64,000 nucleotides of DNA from the human T2T-CHM13v2.0 reference genome, Homo sapiens (GCF_009914755.1 NC_060932.1), one strand, 5' to 3'; counted from the stretch's first letter, positions 24,521 through 37,410 are shown. Translations and numbers: made by a program. The notes: generated from the sequence alone by a model not told the origin.

Positions 24521-26287
24521 AGACAGCGGAGAGGAGGGGCTCCAGGGAGGCAGAGCCCAGGGCCAGCTGGAGCAGAGGGCTGGCACTGGGGGTCTCAGAT
24601 GTGCAAGAAGCCTCATGGTTGGCAAATGGGGTCAGGGAAGGAGGGGACCCAGCATGCTCCTATGGTGGGCGGGGACAGAGGACACCAGGGCCAGACTTCC
24701 CCGAAGCCCCCAGTGAGCTCCCAGCCCCTGTGTGTGGGCTCCGTGCTGCAGGGCCTTCAAGGTCCTGCCCAGAGATGGCTTCCACCTGGGCCTGGTAGCA
24801 AGGGGCCTTGCCTACCCAGGTCCTCAGCCTCGGGGGTGGTGGCCAGGGCTGCAGAGCATGCTGAGGAGGCTGGGCCAGGTGGAGGCCATGCCGGGCAGCC
24901 CAGCCGGCCCTGTGGCCTGGGACACTCCTGCAGGTGGGCAAGTCAGTCCCTCGTCTGCCCATGAGGCTGGGGCCTCCTGGGCTGAGGCTGGCTCGGGTGT
25001 TCCTGGAGAGGGTACCAGAGGGACTTGGGGAGCCCCAGCTCCTCTGCTCGCCCACAGAGAGCACTTCCCTACCTGCCTGTGGGACCGGGCACACGGTAGG
25101 TGCCCAGTAGGCATTTGCGGGGCAGGTCCATGAGGGAGAGGATGGCAGGAAGGCACACCTGCTGTGGCGGCCTGGAGTCCTTAGCTGGTGTCCGGGGGTC
25201 AGAGGCCACTGAGACCCTGGTTTCCAGGCCTGGCCCTGCCTCTGACCAGCTGTGTGGCCACGGACAATTCTCTCGCCCGCTTTGGGCCTCGGTCCCCATC
25301 TGCCTGATGAGAGGGGTGGGCTGGGTGTGCTCAGCCCCCCAGCAGCATGAAGCAGAGCACTAGGTGAGGGAACAGGGCCACAGGTCTGTGGTTGAGTGGG
25401 TGGGTAGGTAGGTGGGTGCCTGGAAGCCAGGAGCCCCAGCTTGCCCTCTTTCTGCCTCTGCCAACTTCTGTTTGGATGCCTCCTCCAGGAAGCCCTCTGT
25501 GCTTTCATGCCCCCCACCACCCCCAAGGATTCCCTTTATATACTGTTACCACCGCAGTGTCAGTGTGCTGCCCAGAGCAGCCCACAGGAGGTGGCTGCTG
25601 GCCCCACGGGAGGGACAGTTGGCATTCGTAGATGATGTCTCCTGGATATCCAGTCTTTACCTCCTTGGGAGTTCCCTGTCCATAAGCTCTGCTGGCCGCT
25701 GGTCTTCCCCTGTAGCCCCTCCTACAGAGTCTGCTGCCGTCCTCACCACTGTCCCCCCTGAAGAGTGGGTGGCCATGAAGGGTGAAATCCCCCTTGACAG
25801 AGTGCTGTTCCCAGTGGGGTGGCTCTGGGGAGGGGCCAGGCTCAGGGACCCTGGCACAGCACCCCACACTCCCAGGGCAGTGAGGGCCAGGCTTTCCACT
25901 GGCTCAGAGGAGGCAACGACATTGAGGCTGCTGGAGATGCAGGCCAGGTCCAGGGACATCTTCGGCCCGCTGCAGGTCAGGGCAGGTTCTCGCAGGCGGA
26001 CTCTGGCCCGAGGGCCTGCAGCAGCTCTCGGTGGCTGGGAGCTTGGTAGAGAGAATCTCAGACAGGAGAGGGGTAGGCTGTTCCCCTCCTGGGGTCTCTT
26101 TTCCCCTTCTCCACCCAGTGGGTCATGACTCAGCAGACCAGAGGTGGCCCTGTGGGGAGGCCTCCTGCTGACCAGCCCTGCCCTTCCCCGAGACGCCCGC
26201 CCCCCCACAGGTGCTGCTCATCTGATCTGGCGCTGGCGCAGGGTGGGGGCGTGGCTGCCACTGAGGTGCTCGGCTCTCCCTCCCCAG

Positions 26288-26383
26288 GTCCAGGACGCTG
26301 TGAAATGCCGTGTGGTTGACCGGCAGGAGGAGGGCAACGGGGACTCAGGGGGCTCCTTCCAGAACGGCCACGCCCAGCTCATG
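26288..26383 (+). CDS. ADGRB1: ADGRB1 window exon 9 ([32 protein letters not shown])
   Basis: ctccccag acceptor, ATG|GTAGGA donor, 96 nt. Confidence 0.96.
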
Positions 26384-28254
26384 GTAGGACTCAGGGCCCG
26401 GGGACTCAGGCTGCCCTACCTGCCTCGTACCCCCGCCAAGTGCCTCCAGGCCCTCACCGTGCCCCAAGCTCCCCTAGGCCCCAGCAACCCTGCTGAGAGG
26501 AGCTCTGAACCCAGTGTGCAGTTGGGGAAACTGAGGCTCGCCAAGTGGAACCCCTGGTCCGGGGTTTCCAGCTGGGAAGGCCTGAGCTGATGAGTTTGGA
26601 GGTCTCAGCGGAGGCTGGCATCCACCCCACACTCACCCCCGCTGGCAGCAGTGCCCGTCTGGCTGGACACCACCCTCTGAGCATCCCAGCCCTCAACTCA
26701 AGGTCCCCATCCTTACACCTCCCAGGCCCACCCTCAGTGCCCTCCATCCCCACCCAGGAAAGTCCTGCTCAGCTGCCACCTAGGGGTCCAGCCTAGCCTG
26801 CCCATCCCCTCCCCCTACCCCGCATATTCCCACCTGCTGCCTCCCTGGCGCTCCCTGGGTGCTGCCCAGTCCTCAGCCCCTGCAGGGTGACTCTCCCTTG
26901 TGGCCCCTGGCCATCCTGCCTTCACCCTCTCTGGGCTCTCTGCCCTCCCCCTGCCCATCCTGGTGTCCTCAGCGGTGTGTTCTGCACCCCCCGCCCCTGC
27001 CTGTGCCTGCGCCTGTCCTCTTTACAGCACAGCGTTCCCACGACACGCACAGGTCCTGGGAGGGCGGCCCAAGTGGCGGTTCCTACGTAAGGGCCCCCAA
27101 CAGCCCCCTGTGGAGCCTCAACTCTTCCACACCTCGACCTCAGCATCTTCCTCCTGCAGCCTTGTGCCCCTGGGGCTCAGCCAGGACCGTAGTGGGCTCC
27201 TAGTCACCAAGTCTGCTCCCACCCACACCCGTCACTAGACCTCCTGCTTCTGCACCCAGAGGCTAGCACACAGGGTGGAGCCAGGCCCCCTTCTCCACCC
27301 TCTAGGCCTCAGGACAGCATCCACGCCCTGGCCTGGTCCTGTGCAGAACCCGCAGCTGTGCTGGTCTTGCTCCTGCCCCTGTGTCCTTCACACAAGCTTC
27401 CACCCCAGGTGTTGGCCACCCTGCGCACTCCCGTGGGTCCCCTCCTCCAGGGAGCCCTCCTTGACTCTTGCCCCATGGTGCCACCTTTCTGGGCTCAGGC
27501 CACGCCCCTGGTGAACTCTGCACGGCTGGTGCGCGGGAGGTGCTCCCTGGGTCCCGGGGTGCCCAGCCACCTCACAGTGGTTGTGAAGCTCACAGGCAGG
27601 GCCTCAGCAGATGGCATGTCCAGCCCCGGGTGAGGGTGAGGTCCTTCAGTGAGAGACGGCCACTTCGGCTCTTGGGTGACGTCCAGGCAGGCCCCTCATG
27701 GCTCCATGCCTCAGTGTCTCCATCAGCCAGGGAGCAGGTATCCACCAGTGGCTAGCTTGTCATTTTGGGACACAGCTTCCCCCTCCCCCAGCGTTTCTCC
27801 TGGCCTGACCTCTGATCCCAGGGGGAAGATTTTGTTGTCTCCATCCAACCCAACCCCTGCATTTGCAGGGAAGAAACCTCCAGGTTTTCAGTGAAGGGTG
27901 GGCCTGTCCCCTGGAGCCCCAGGGCCCCTGGAGAAGGACAGCCCCAGGCTTGGGCAGGTCCTGAGCTCCCTGAGGGCGGGTCTGGGCCGCCCACTCCTGC
28001 CTCCCCAGCTGACTGTCAGCTTGGTGTGGCTGCCTGAGGGTGGTGGGTGCCGGCCTTGGCCCTGAATTGCATGTTCAACATCCCCCCCCACCACCTCTCC
28101 CTCCCCAGACCCTGGATGGGGCCCCCTTGGAGGGATGTGGGGGACCAAGGGGGAGAGTTCTGGTGCCGCAGGCCCAGAGCCATTCCTGAGGCCTGGGGGG
28201 AGAGATGAGACCAGAGGAAGCAGGAGGTCATCAGCTCCCAGACGCCTTGGAGAG

Positions 28255-28505
28255 AGCACACATGTGTGCCTCACAAACAGTCTCACACACACCTCAGAAA
28301 CACACACACAGCCACATACAGAAATACACACGCATGTACGTGTACAAAACACTCAGATGCATTCTCTCACATTTACAAACACCTGAATCCACACGCAAAC
28401 ACAGGGACACAAATTCACCCACTTATACACAGACATATCCACAAACACGCACGCATACACTCACACACGCATCCACCCAGAGACACAAACGCCCACCACA
28501 CAGGC
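28255..28505. repeat. CA-rich low-complexity tract
   Basis: Directly visible cacacac runs. Confidence 0.8.
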
Positions 28506-28674
28506 AGGTACATGGGGAGGCATGGTCGCCCACGTGGGGCACTGGGCTGTGGACATGGACAGGGGTTCCTCGGGGCAGCAGGAGCACCGTGGCCCTCCCG
28601 AGCGGTCTGTGCACGCGTGCACACACCCCCGCTCCCAGAGGCGCTCACCCTGCCCTGTTGTCTCTGTCCTACAG

Positions 28675-28714
28675 ACCGACTTCGAGAAGGACGTGGATCT
28701 GGCCTGTAGATCAG
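28675..28714 (+). CDS. ADGRB1: ADGRB1 window exon 10 (TDFEKDVDLACRS)
   Basis: tcctacag acceptor, CAG|GTGAGC donor, 40 nt, ends in phase 1. Confidence 0.95.
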
Positions 28715-31241
28715 GTGAGCGCCCGACAGGTGAGAGGACAGTGCCAGCCCGGCCCCCTGCATGGCCCCACTCCACGCCTCCGCCTGTGCCTCCCCCACAT
28801 CACCCATCCCTGTCCACTCCTGCTGCCCCCACCCACACCCAGCCACACCGTCAGGCCCACCTGGACCCAGGGGACCTGCCCTGGGGGCCCAGCCTTCCAC
28901 CCCCGTCCACTTCCTGAGGCCGAAGGAGGGTCCATGGGGCATGATCAGAAGCTTCCAGAACACTGCCCTGGCACTCCTGCTGAGCAGGTGCCTGTGGAGC
29001 GCCTGGCTGCGTCCCCTGCCCACCTGACATCTCTTCCTCTGTCGTGGCCCCAGCGAGGAGCACAGCCTCACCCTAGTGCCGCTCCCCCCCCCTGCCTCCT
29101 GCCCACCGCCCTCTAGCACCTGTGTTCTGTGCCACCTTCATTTCCTCATTGCCAGTCCCAGCAGGGGCAGAAGTGAGTGGGGCTTTCAGGCTAGGGGGAC
29201 AACGGGGAGCAAGAGGAAGGCGGGGAGAAGGACCCACCATGGAGCCCCCGGCCGGTGCTGAGCTTCCTGGAACCAAGTGCAAAAAACGAACGACTGCCCA
29301 ATAAAGGAAGCTCCGCCGCCCATCCCCAAGCATCAGACTGCGAGGGTCTGTTTCTGTCCCCACCACTGTTCTGTGAACCAGGTCCTGAGGCAGTGACAGG
29401 CAGTGGCTTTCTGAGCTGTGGAGAGGCCAATGGACCATGCTCCCTCTGGTCATTTAGATATTTGAAGAGCACCTTCTCTAGAGACAGCCCTGGCAGAGGA
29501 GCTGGGACAGCCCCAGGTGGGGAGTGTGTGCTGGTGCCAGTTGGGCCCCAGGAGGGCTTCCTGGAGGAAGTGACTTCGGGGCTGGGCTGAATGGGAGCTG
29601 GACAAAAAGCACCTTCTGCCCCCTTGGGGTCTCCTGTGAACCAGTCCCACAGCCTCTCAGAGGGGTGACCCTAGGACTTGGGGCCTCAGGTGGCTTGGGT
29701 GTATGTGGGCCTCTCTGAGCCCCTGATTCCCTCTCATTCATGCGCTGGCTACAGCGCCTGGTGGATCCACATGCAGCTGGTGGATGCGCCATGAGCAGCT
29801 GGTGCTGAGCGCCTGGGAGCTTCCTCAGAGCGGGAGGGTGGGCGGGGTGCCAGCGAGGGGCCTGGGCCTGGGGGGAGCTTGGCTTTTATTGTGCCCCAAG
29901 GTGGGTACATGCGAGGGAGGCACATAGACCCCTCACGTGCCAGGCGCTCGTTCTGCCTTGTGGGGAGCAAAGTGTGAGGTGTGTGGGAGGTCGGGAGCCC
30001 CAGGGTCTGTGCGGGGTGGGGCGGCCTTGGGGACGTGCGTCCCGAGAGTGCTGTGGCTGTCTGGGTGGGGCATGTGGGTCTGACGGGGAGGATGACGGGT
30101 CACTCTTGGGTAGGGACGAGGGAAGGGGCGGGGCTGAAAATGGGCACAGGGTGTTGCTGTCCAGAGGGTGGAGGAGAGGACCAGGCCGGGAGCATGGCCT
30201 GCTGAGCTCTGAGGGGGACGGGGAAGCCTGTGTTCGGGAGAGAGAGTGACCCCTGGCTAGGCAGCTTGGGGGGCATTGGTGACCCTGGGGCCCGTGTGCC
30301 TGGCAAGGTGGCTGAAGGGAGCAGCTGGTGAACACAGGCACCCAGGGCTGGCTTGGCGTGGTGGGTAACCATCTGCCAGCCTGCATGGGGCAGGACACAG
30401 GGGGCAGGCCAGGCTTCCCAGGAAGGGCCCTGGGGTCTGGATCTTTGGAGACTGGGGCTTGGAGAAAGGAGGGGTGTGGAGGGTGGGCACCCCTCTGTCA
30501 GGGGCAGGCGGCTGGGTCAGAGTCAGCTTGGGGTTCTCCGCCAGCCAGTAGGGGCTAGATTCATTGGCAGGAAGTCGGGGGCAAACTGGAGCCCCACTCA
30601 GAGGTCAAGGCGGCTGGGCCCCTTGCAACTGACCAGAGACAGAATCAGAGGTGTCTGGGTATGGAGACCTCTCTCCAGGGACCAGGCGGCCCTCAGGGCA
30701 GAGCAGGGAGGCTTGCAGGCCCCAGGGGCAGCGATGCAGGAAGGGCCGTGACAGAGGGCCAGGGCCTCGTGGCTGCACTCAGCACCACTGGGCTCCCGCA
30801 CACTGCCCCCCACCCACACAAGGCCCAGGGCCGTGGGCGTCGGGAGCGTTGGAGGGCCGGCTGGGCTCTGCCACCAGCACAGACCGTTCTGCCTGTGTCC
30901 CTGTGCTTCCGGGAGTCAAGGCCGCCCTCGCCTGCTCTTCTCAGCGCTGGGGAGGGCAGTGTGTGGGTGACAGCCATTTGTCTTCTTGGGGCCAGTGGAG
31001 AGGGCCACCCTGTGTGGCAGCCTCATCTGAGGACACAGGAACCCTAGGGGCCGTAGCGCCAGGCTTGGGTAGGGTGGTACCTGCAGTTGGCCCTCCGATC
31101 GGTACCCAGCAGGACCTGGCCAGGGTCTCCCAGGAGGTGGCGGCCTCGCAGGGCAGACTGGGCCCCTCTCCTGCTGGGGACTGTCCTACGCCATCCTCAC
31201 CCCCACACCTGTCCCCGCTGTCTCCCCCGCGGCCCCTGCAG

Positions 31242-31948
31242 TGCTGAACAAGGACATCGCGGCCTGCCGCACTGCCACCATCACGGGCACACTGAAGCGG
31301 CCGTCTCTGCCCGAGGAGGAGAAGCTGAAGCTGGCCCATGCCAAGGGGCCGCCCACCAATTTCAACAGCCTGCCGGCCAACGTGTCCAAGCTGCACCTGC
31401 ACGGCTCACCCCGCTATCCCGGCGGGCCCCTGCCCGACTTCCCCAACCACTCACTGACCCTCAAGAGGGACAAGGCGCCCAAGTCCTCCTTCGTCGGTGA
31501 CGGGGACATCTTCAAGAAGCTGGACTCGGAGCTGAGCCGGGCCCAGGAGAAGGCTCTGGACACGAGCTACGTGATCCTGCCCACGGCCACGGCCACGCTG
31601 CGGCCCAAGCCCAAGGAGGAGCCCAAGTACAGCATCCACATTGACCAGATGCCGCAGACCCGCCTCATCCACCTCAGCACGGCCCCCGAGGCCAGCCTCC
31701 CCGCCCGCAGCCCGCCCTCCCGCCAGCCCCCCAGCGGCGGGCCCCCCGAGGCACCCCCTGCCCAGCCCCCACCGCCTCCGCCCCCACCGCCACCACCTCC
31801 CCAGCAGCCCCTGCCCCCACCGCCCAATCTGGAGCCGGCACCCCCCAGCCTGGGGGATCCCGGGGAGCCTGCCGCCCATCCGGGACCCAGCACGGGGCCC
31901 AGCACCAAGAACGAGAATGTCGCCACCTTGTCTGTGAGCTCCCTGGAG
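31242..31948 (+). CDS. ADGRB1: ADGRB1 window exon 11: large cytoplasmic exon with poly-proline region
   Basis: cctgcag acceptor, GAG|GTGAGG donor, 707 nt; matches ORF 31241..32068 up to LSVSSLE. Confidence 0.96.
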
Positions 31949-32703
31949 GTGAGGGGGGCAGGGGTGGGCCACACCCCAGCCAGCGAGGGCAGGGCTGCAG
32001 CAGCTGGGTCACCCCTGCTGGGTGGGACCCCCACGCCGTCAGCGGGGCGGGCTGGCTCTGCCTCCTAGCTACACCCCCCACCCCTGGCCCTGCTGGGTGT
32101 GCTGTGTATGTCTGACGTGTGGTCCCCACCCTAGGCTTGGCAGGGTGGTCTCACCCCGTTTCAAAGGGGCTCAGGGACCCACAGTCTGGACCCACGGAGC
32201 AGGACCTGCACCTCGCACAGTCGCTAGTCCAGCCCTTGGGGCAGCCTGGCAGCACATACCTGCCTAGGTCAGCCTGGAGCCTGCAGCTGACCCAGCCTCA
32301 GTCAGCCTGTAGGATGTTGTTTTTGGGGGAGCCCGTCCCCACAGGATATGCTCCCACCATATCCTGGCTCCTGGCCTCTGGTGATGCTGCCCTGTGTCCC
32401 TGAGTTCTCTGTCGGGGGACCCAGCCATGTGGCCCCAAGTTCAGGTCTCCTTGATCCTGGGGAGTGTGTCCCGGGTAGGCGAGCCGGACACCCCAGCCCA
32501 GCCTTGGTGCTGCTCGCTGGCACCCAGCGCATAGCTGGAGGAGCTGCCTCAGTGCGCCCCCAGGCATGTCCCCTGGGTCTGGCCTGGTCCCTGAAGGCAG
32601 GCATGGGGCGAGTGAGTCCCTGATGCCCTCAGTCTGAGGCAGGGAGAGGCGTGGACTTGTCAGGGACCCTTGGCGAATGTTCGCAAACCCCTTCTCCCTG
32701 CAG

Positions 32704-32739
32704 CGGCGGAAGTCGCGGTATGCAGAACTGGACTTTGAG
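32704..32739 (+). CDS. ADGRB1: ADGRB1 window exon 12 ([12 protein letters not shown])
   Basis: ttctccctgcag acceptor, GAG|GTGAGT donor, 36 nt. Confidence 0.95.
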
Positions 32740-32901
32740 GTGAGTTCTGGTGTCCCCCCCCACCAGACACTTAGGGCCAGATGTGCTCTGGGCTCCCACA
32801 CGGCCAGGCAGCTCCCCGGCAGCCAGGGGACGGGCGGGGCAGGCAGGATGGGCCATGCCCTCCTCCTGGCCCAGGACTCACTGCCCAGACCCCGCCTGCA
32901 G

Positions 32902-33009
32902 AAGATCATGCACACCCGGAAGCGGCACCAAGACATGTTCCAGGACCTGAACCGGAAGCTGCAGCACGCAGCGGAGAAGGACAAGGAGGTGCTGGGGCCG
33001 GACAGCAAG
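32902..33009 (+). CDS. ADGRB1: ADGRB1 window exon 13 ([20 protein letters not shown]...GPDSK; RKR ELMO-binding helix)
   Basis: cctgcag acceptor, AAG|GTCTGG donor, 108 nt. Confidence 0.95.
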
Positions 33010-33089
33010 GTCTGGAGGGCAGGGAGGGGCGGGGTGGGGAGAGCCCTTAGGTCAGGCCACCGTCTCCCTTCTTCCCTGGATTTGTGCAC

Positions 33090-33140
33090 TTCATCCATCC
33101 ATCCATCCATCCATCCATTCGTTCATTCATTCATTCATTC
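33090..33140. repeat. (TCCA)n(TTCA)n compound tetranucleotide STR
   Basis: Directly visible. Confidence 0.9.
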
Positions 33141-33520
33141 GCCCATCCCTGAGGGCTGGCCTGACCCTGCCATGCCAGACTCTGGAGGCCATGGCCATAC
33201 TGGGAGCTGAGCGGTCACGAGCCTGCTCCTGGGGCCAGGGGTCTGGATTGGGGTGGAGCCAATCCAGGGCAGGGTCCCCACAGCCTGACCCGACCGTGGG
33301 GTTCGCAACCTCTGCCAAGGCTGGGGAGAGGATCTGTGCCTGCCGCTGCCCAGCTCTGTTCTGGGCTCTTGTCCTGAAAGCCTCATCCTGTCCCCTGTCC
33401 CCTGTCCCCCACCTCCCGTCCCTTCCTCACTGATTCGTGTCTGCCTCCTCCCCCCTACTCCTCGGGCTCATGGCTCTCCCTCCGGGCCCCACCCCTCCTG
33501 CACCACGGGCCACCCAGCAG

Positions 33521-33718
33521 CCGGAAAAGCAGCAGACGCCCAACAAGAGGCCCTGGGAGAGCCTCCGGAAAGCCCACGGGACGCCCACGTGGGTGAAGAA
33601 GGAGCTGGAGCCGCTGCAGCCGTCGCCGCTGGAGCTTCGCAGCGTGGAGTGGGAGAGGTCGGGCGCCACGATCCCGCTGGTGGGCCAGGACATCATCGAC
33701 CTCCAGACCGAGGTCTGA
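33521..33718 (+). CDS. ADGRB1: ADGRB1 last coding exon ([12 protein letters not shown]...DIIDLQTEV*), PDZ-binding QTEV
   Basis: CAGCAG acceptor and TGA at 33716-33718. The 692 spliced residues place the GPS L|S at residue 926/927 of the known 1584-aa protein. Confidence 0.96.
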   Translation, partial: PEKQQTPNKRPWESLRKAHGTPTWVKKELEPLQPSPLELRSVEWERSGATIPLVGQDIIDLQTEV

Positions 33719-34286
33719 GCGGGTGGGCGGCGGCCACGCACTGGGCCACGGAGGAGGGATGCTGCTCCGCCCGCTCCTGCCGCAGACGGGCACAGACACG
33801 CTCGCGGGCAGCGGGCCAGGCCCGCACCCCGGCCTCAGGGCGCTCAGACGGCGGCCAGGCACAGGGCCCGCAGTGCTGGGACCAGAGCCAGATGCAGGAC
33901 AGGAGGCGGCCCGGCCAGCGGGCACAGGGCACCAGAGGCCGAAGGTGCCTCAGACTCCGCCCTCCTCGGGCCGAGGCCCAGCGGGCAGATGGGCGGACGG
34001 CTGTGGACCGTGGACAGGCCCAGCGCGGCCAGCGTCCCAGGGTACCCGCCTGAGCTCCTGCTGCGGAGGAGCTGCCTGCTTGGCCCGGCCGGCCTGGCAC
34101 CGTTTTTTAAACACCCCCATCCCTCGGGAAGCAGCCAGCTCCCCACACCTTCCAGGGCCCTAGGCCCCTCCTAGACCCAGGTGGAGGGCACAGCCCTCCG
34201 ACCCTCATGGCCCCCAGGGGCAGGACTGAGTCCCCTCCAGGAAGAAGCAGGGGGGAATCTATTTTTTCTCTCCTTTTCTTTTCTTC

Positions 34287-34302
34287 AATAAAAAGAATTA
34301 AA
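34287..34302 (+). terminator. ADGRB1: ADGRB1 polyadenylation signals (AATAAA 34287, ATTAAA 34297)
   Basis: U-rich upstream tract, two hexamers, GU-rich tctgtgtgg downstream; about 570 nt after the stop. Confidence 0.88.
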
Positions 34303-36079
34303 AACCCATCTCCTCTCTGTGTGGCCTCCCTCTGTGCGGCCCGGGGCCCTGACCCAGCCCTGGCTGCTGGGGTGAAGTCCTCTGCCTGGCCTTGGTGTCC
34401 CCGCATCCCTGGGCCAGGAGGACTGTGGAGGCCAGGTGGGCCCTGCAGCTCCTGCTTTGCCCTGGGCCTGGACGTCTGGGCCTTGGACTCCCAGGCCAGT
34501 GGTCACGTGGCTCCCAAGGCGTCCCCTCTCCCTGGGGCTCTGGGAACATTCAGGGAACCCCAAGTGCTGGTGCCCTTGGCTACCCCCGACCCTTAGTACG
34601 TGAGCTTCACACAGCTCTTAGGCCCCTTGGTGGGGACACATTTCACTCCCCTTGTTCCTTGAGTCATTTTCAGGAGGGACAGCATGAACACACCAATTCT
34701 TTAAAACAGTCTGACACAGTGGAAATGCGTGTGGGGGCAGGGACTCCAAGGCAGGGAGGAAGCCTCCCTCTCAGCGCTCCCACCTCCTTCCCGCCCACCT
34801 GGGGCTCTGCCCTCCTCTGCTCCTGCCTCTGCCCTGGGGCAGGCACAGTTCTGGGTCCCCTCTTCATTGCTGGGGCACTTCCTGTCTCCAGGCCTCGGCC
34901 CCGTTTGTCCGGGGAGGCATGGGGAGCCTATGTGAACACCCCTAGGCCATCCCCCACCAGCCCAGAAGGAGGACCCTCCTTCCACACCCTCCTCCCACCC
35001 CAGGAGCTTTGAGATGCACGTCCTGCTTCCCTCTGTGTCTCCAGCAGGGGGCAGCCTGAGCCCCCGAAGGGAGCCTAGTTGGGGGAAGCCACAAGGCTGG
35101 CAGGGACAATAGCGGGGAAGGAGGGGCCCCCCTCCGACTGTGTGCTGCACCCTGCAGGGCCCCAGGACCGGGAGAAAATGCTGCACAGAGCCTGGGCCTG
35201 GAGAGCAATGCGCGCCAAGCTGCAGAGGCGGCTACAGCCTAGCACCCCCTCACCCCTACAACCTCAACTGTGCCCTGTCACTCCTGACCCCAGAGTCCTC
35301 ACCAGCAGACAGGGCGGGACGGGGAAGGTGCTTGGAGGGTGCAGTGACCACAGTGACCATGGGTGATCACAGATGGTCACGTGTGGCCATGACTGACTGC
35401 ATTGAGTGGGTGGACGTTGAGCAGATGACCGGGAACGGGGTGGTGTGTCTGCAGTAGCCCAGAGGAGATGGTGCAAAGTCACCGGGTTCCAGCAGTTGAG
35501 AAGCACAGTCCCTGAGCTGTGGATCTGAGCACCCCAGAAAACCAGAATGTTTTGACGAGATTGGACAACAAAACCTGATGGAAACCGAGTCACACTACAT
35601 ATCTAAAGCTCCTTTGAACCGCTGCACGCACACACACATATGTTCTGCAGCAGGGATGCTGATGCACTTTATTAGGCCCCTCCCAGGATACTAAGTGAAA
35701 TATCACACACATCACACCTTCTTTCTTAACCCGGACAGATCCCACTTGGCACCAGGGTTTCAGATGAGAGGCTGTGGACTGTGGTCCCTTCCTCATCCTA
35801 AGTTACGGAAAGAACCTGGGAGGCCCCTGGGAAGCAGGTGGAGAAAGCGCTGAGCACCCAGCTCCTCCCCTGCAGAAGGCAGCACAGAGCCTGGGGCAGG
35901 TTCTGGAGGTGGGGCTTCCACTCAGGTCACCCCGTCCTTGTGGAGTGGCCAGAACAAGTTTTTGGCCAGCTCCCTGACCTCCTGGCCCCATGTTCACACC
36001 CAATAACAGGAGAAGCTGCAACAAAACAAAACAACAAATAACAAGAAAGGACCCAAGCCACACAACCCTGCCTGCGAAG

Positions 36080-36350
36080 GAAGCAACTCAGGTCAGCGTG
36101 AGCCGCTGGGGTCAGACGCACAGAGTGACCAGGGGCAGGAGCAACTCAGGACAGTGTGAGCCGCTGGGGTCAGACACACAGAGTGACCAGGGGCAGGGCT
36201 CAGTGTGTGGCCAGGGTCAGGGCTTACAGTGTGACCAGGTCAGAGATTAGCCTGTGACCAGAATAAGGGTTCAGCCTGTGGCCGGAATCAGGGCTCAGAG
36301 TGGCCAAGGTCAGGGCTCAACGTGTGATCAGGGGCAGGGCTCAGTGTCCC
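36080..36350. repeat. Degenerate gtgaccagggkcagggctcag repeat including a ~56-bp tandem duplication
   Basis: gtgagccgctggggtcagac.cacagagtgaccaggggcagg occurs twice. Confidence 0.75.
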
Positions 36351-37257
36351 CATGGTGAAGACTAAGTCTCAGCCAGAGTCCCGTTTCTCCTTCACTGTGG
36401 TCCACCCCTCCCAGAAGGCCATGTCTGTGCCAGGAGAGGCTATATCCCATGTCCTGCCCGACCCCAATGTTCACAGCTGTTCAATACTCTGTGACCTCTC
36501 ACAATGATGCATCACAGAAATTGCTCTCTTCCCTCTGTCTCTCGGAGCAGGAAGCTGGCCAGGGATCATCCCAGGAGATTCATCAACCCTGGAGCCCTGC
36601 TTGCGTCTGCCCCAGGCACCTTCTTGTCGTGAGCCCTGTGCTGGGCAGTGCTTTGGGCCAGAGGCCACGGAGATGCTCCAAGCTGGAACAGGCGCCTCTT
36701 CCCAAACTTCTGCTGCTTTCCCTCTGCTTCATCCAGCTGCTCGGAGTGATGGGCCCTTGACACTGAGCAAGGCAGGGACCACGATTCTGTCTGTAGGTGA
36801 GGACACGCAGACTCCGGGTGGCTGGTGTCCCACAGGCATTGAGAGCGAGGCTGTACCCACAACCCAGCTCCCCCACCTTGAATTCCCTGACCCTCCCCAC
36901 AATGGGTTGCTTTCCTGTGGACACCAGTGTCATGTCCATCTGCCACTGCCTCCACCCGAAGCTACTTCTTTCCTGTGGAGTCCAGGGCTGAACAGTTTGC
37001 CAGAAAGATCTTCAGGGGCCTTGTGTTTACTCTATTGTCTTGGCTTCCTTGTATAAGTGCCACTCTCCTCAGCAACTTGTCACTGGTGAAGCTGAGACCA
37101 CCTCCTCTGACACCCTCCATCTGTCACCATCAGCGGCACCTGCCCTAGGGAGAACTGCAGGGCTGAGAATGGTGGAGGCACTGTGATTGGCAGGAGCACT
37201 GTGGGGGCCAAAGGTGGTGGTGACAGTTTCGTGGACAGATCTGGGGCTGCAGATATT

Positions 37258-37410
37258 GGTGGTTGTGATGATGGTGATGATAATGATGGTGACAGTAGTG
37301 CTGATGGTGATAATGGTGGTGATGGTTGCGACGGTGATAGTGGTAATGATGGTGATGATGGTGATGATGGTGGTGATAATGATGATGATGGTGGTGATGG
37401 TGATGGTGCT
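37258..37410. repeat. (GAT/GGT)n low-complexity tract
   Basis: Directly visible. Confidence 0.9.

Noticed and set aside
29156-29172. Possible microexon using GAA|GTGAGT at 29172
   Set aside because: 17 nt is not frame-preserving; the terminal-exon reading fits better.
31451-33110. Antisense ORFs over ADGRB1 exons
   Set aside because: Expected shadow ORFs of GC-rich coding sequence with no independent support.
35505-35781. Possible old Tigger-like DNA transposon fragment
   Set aside because: Only a vague resemblance to recalled termini; needs a Dfam search.
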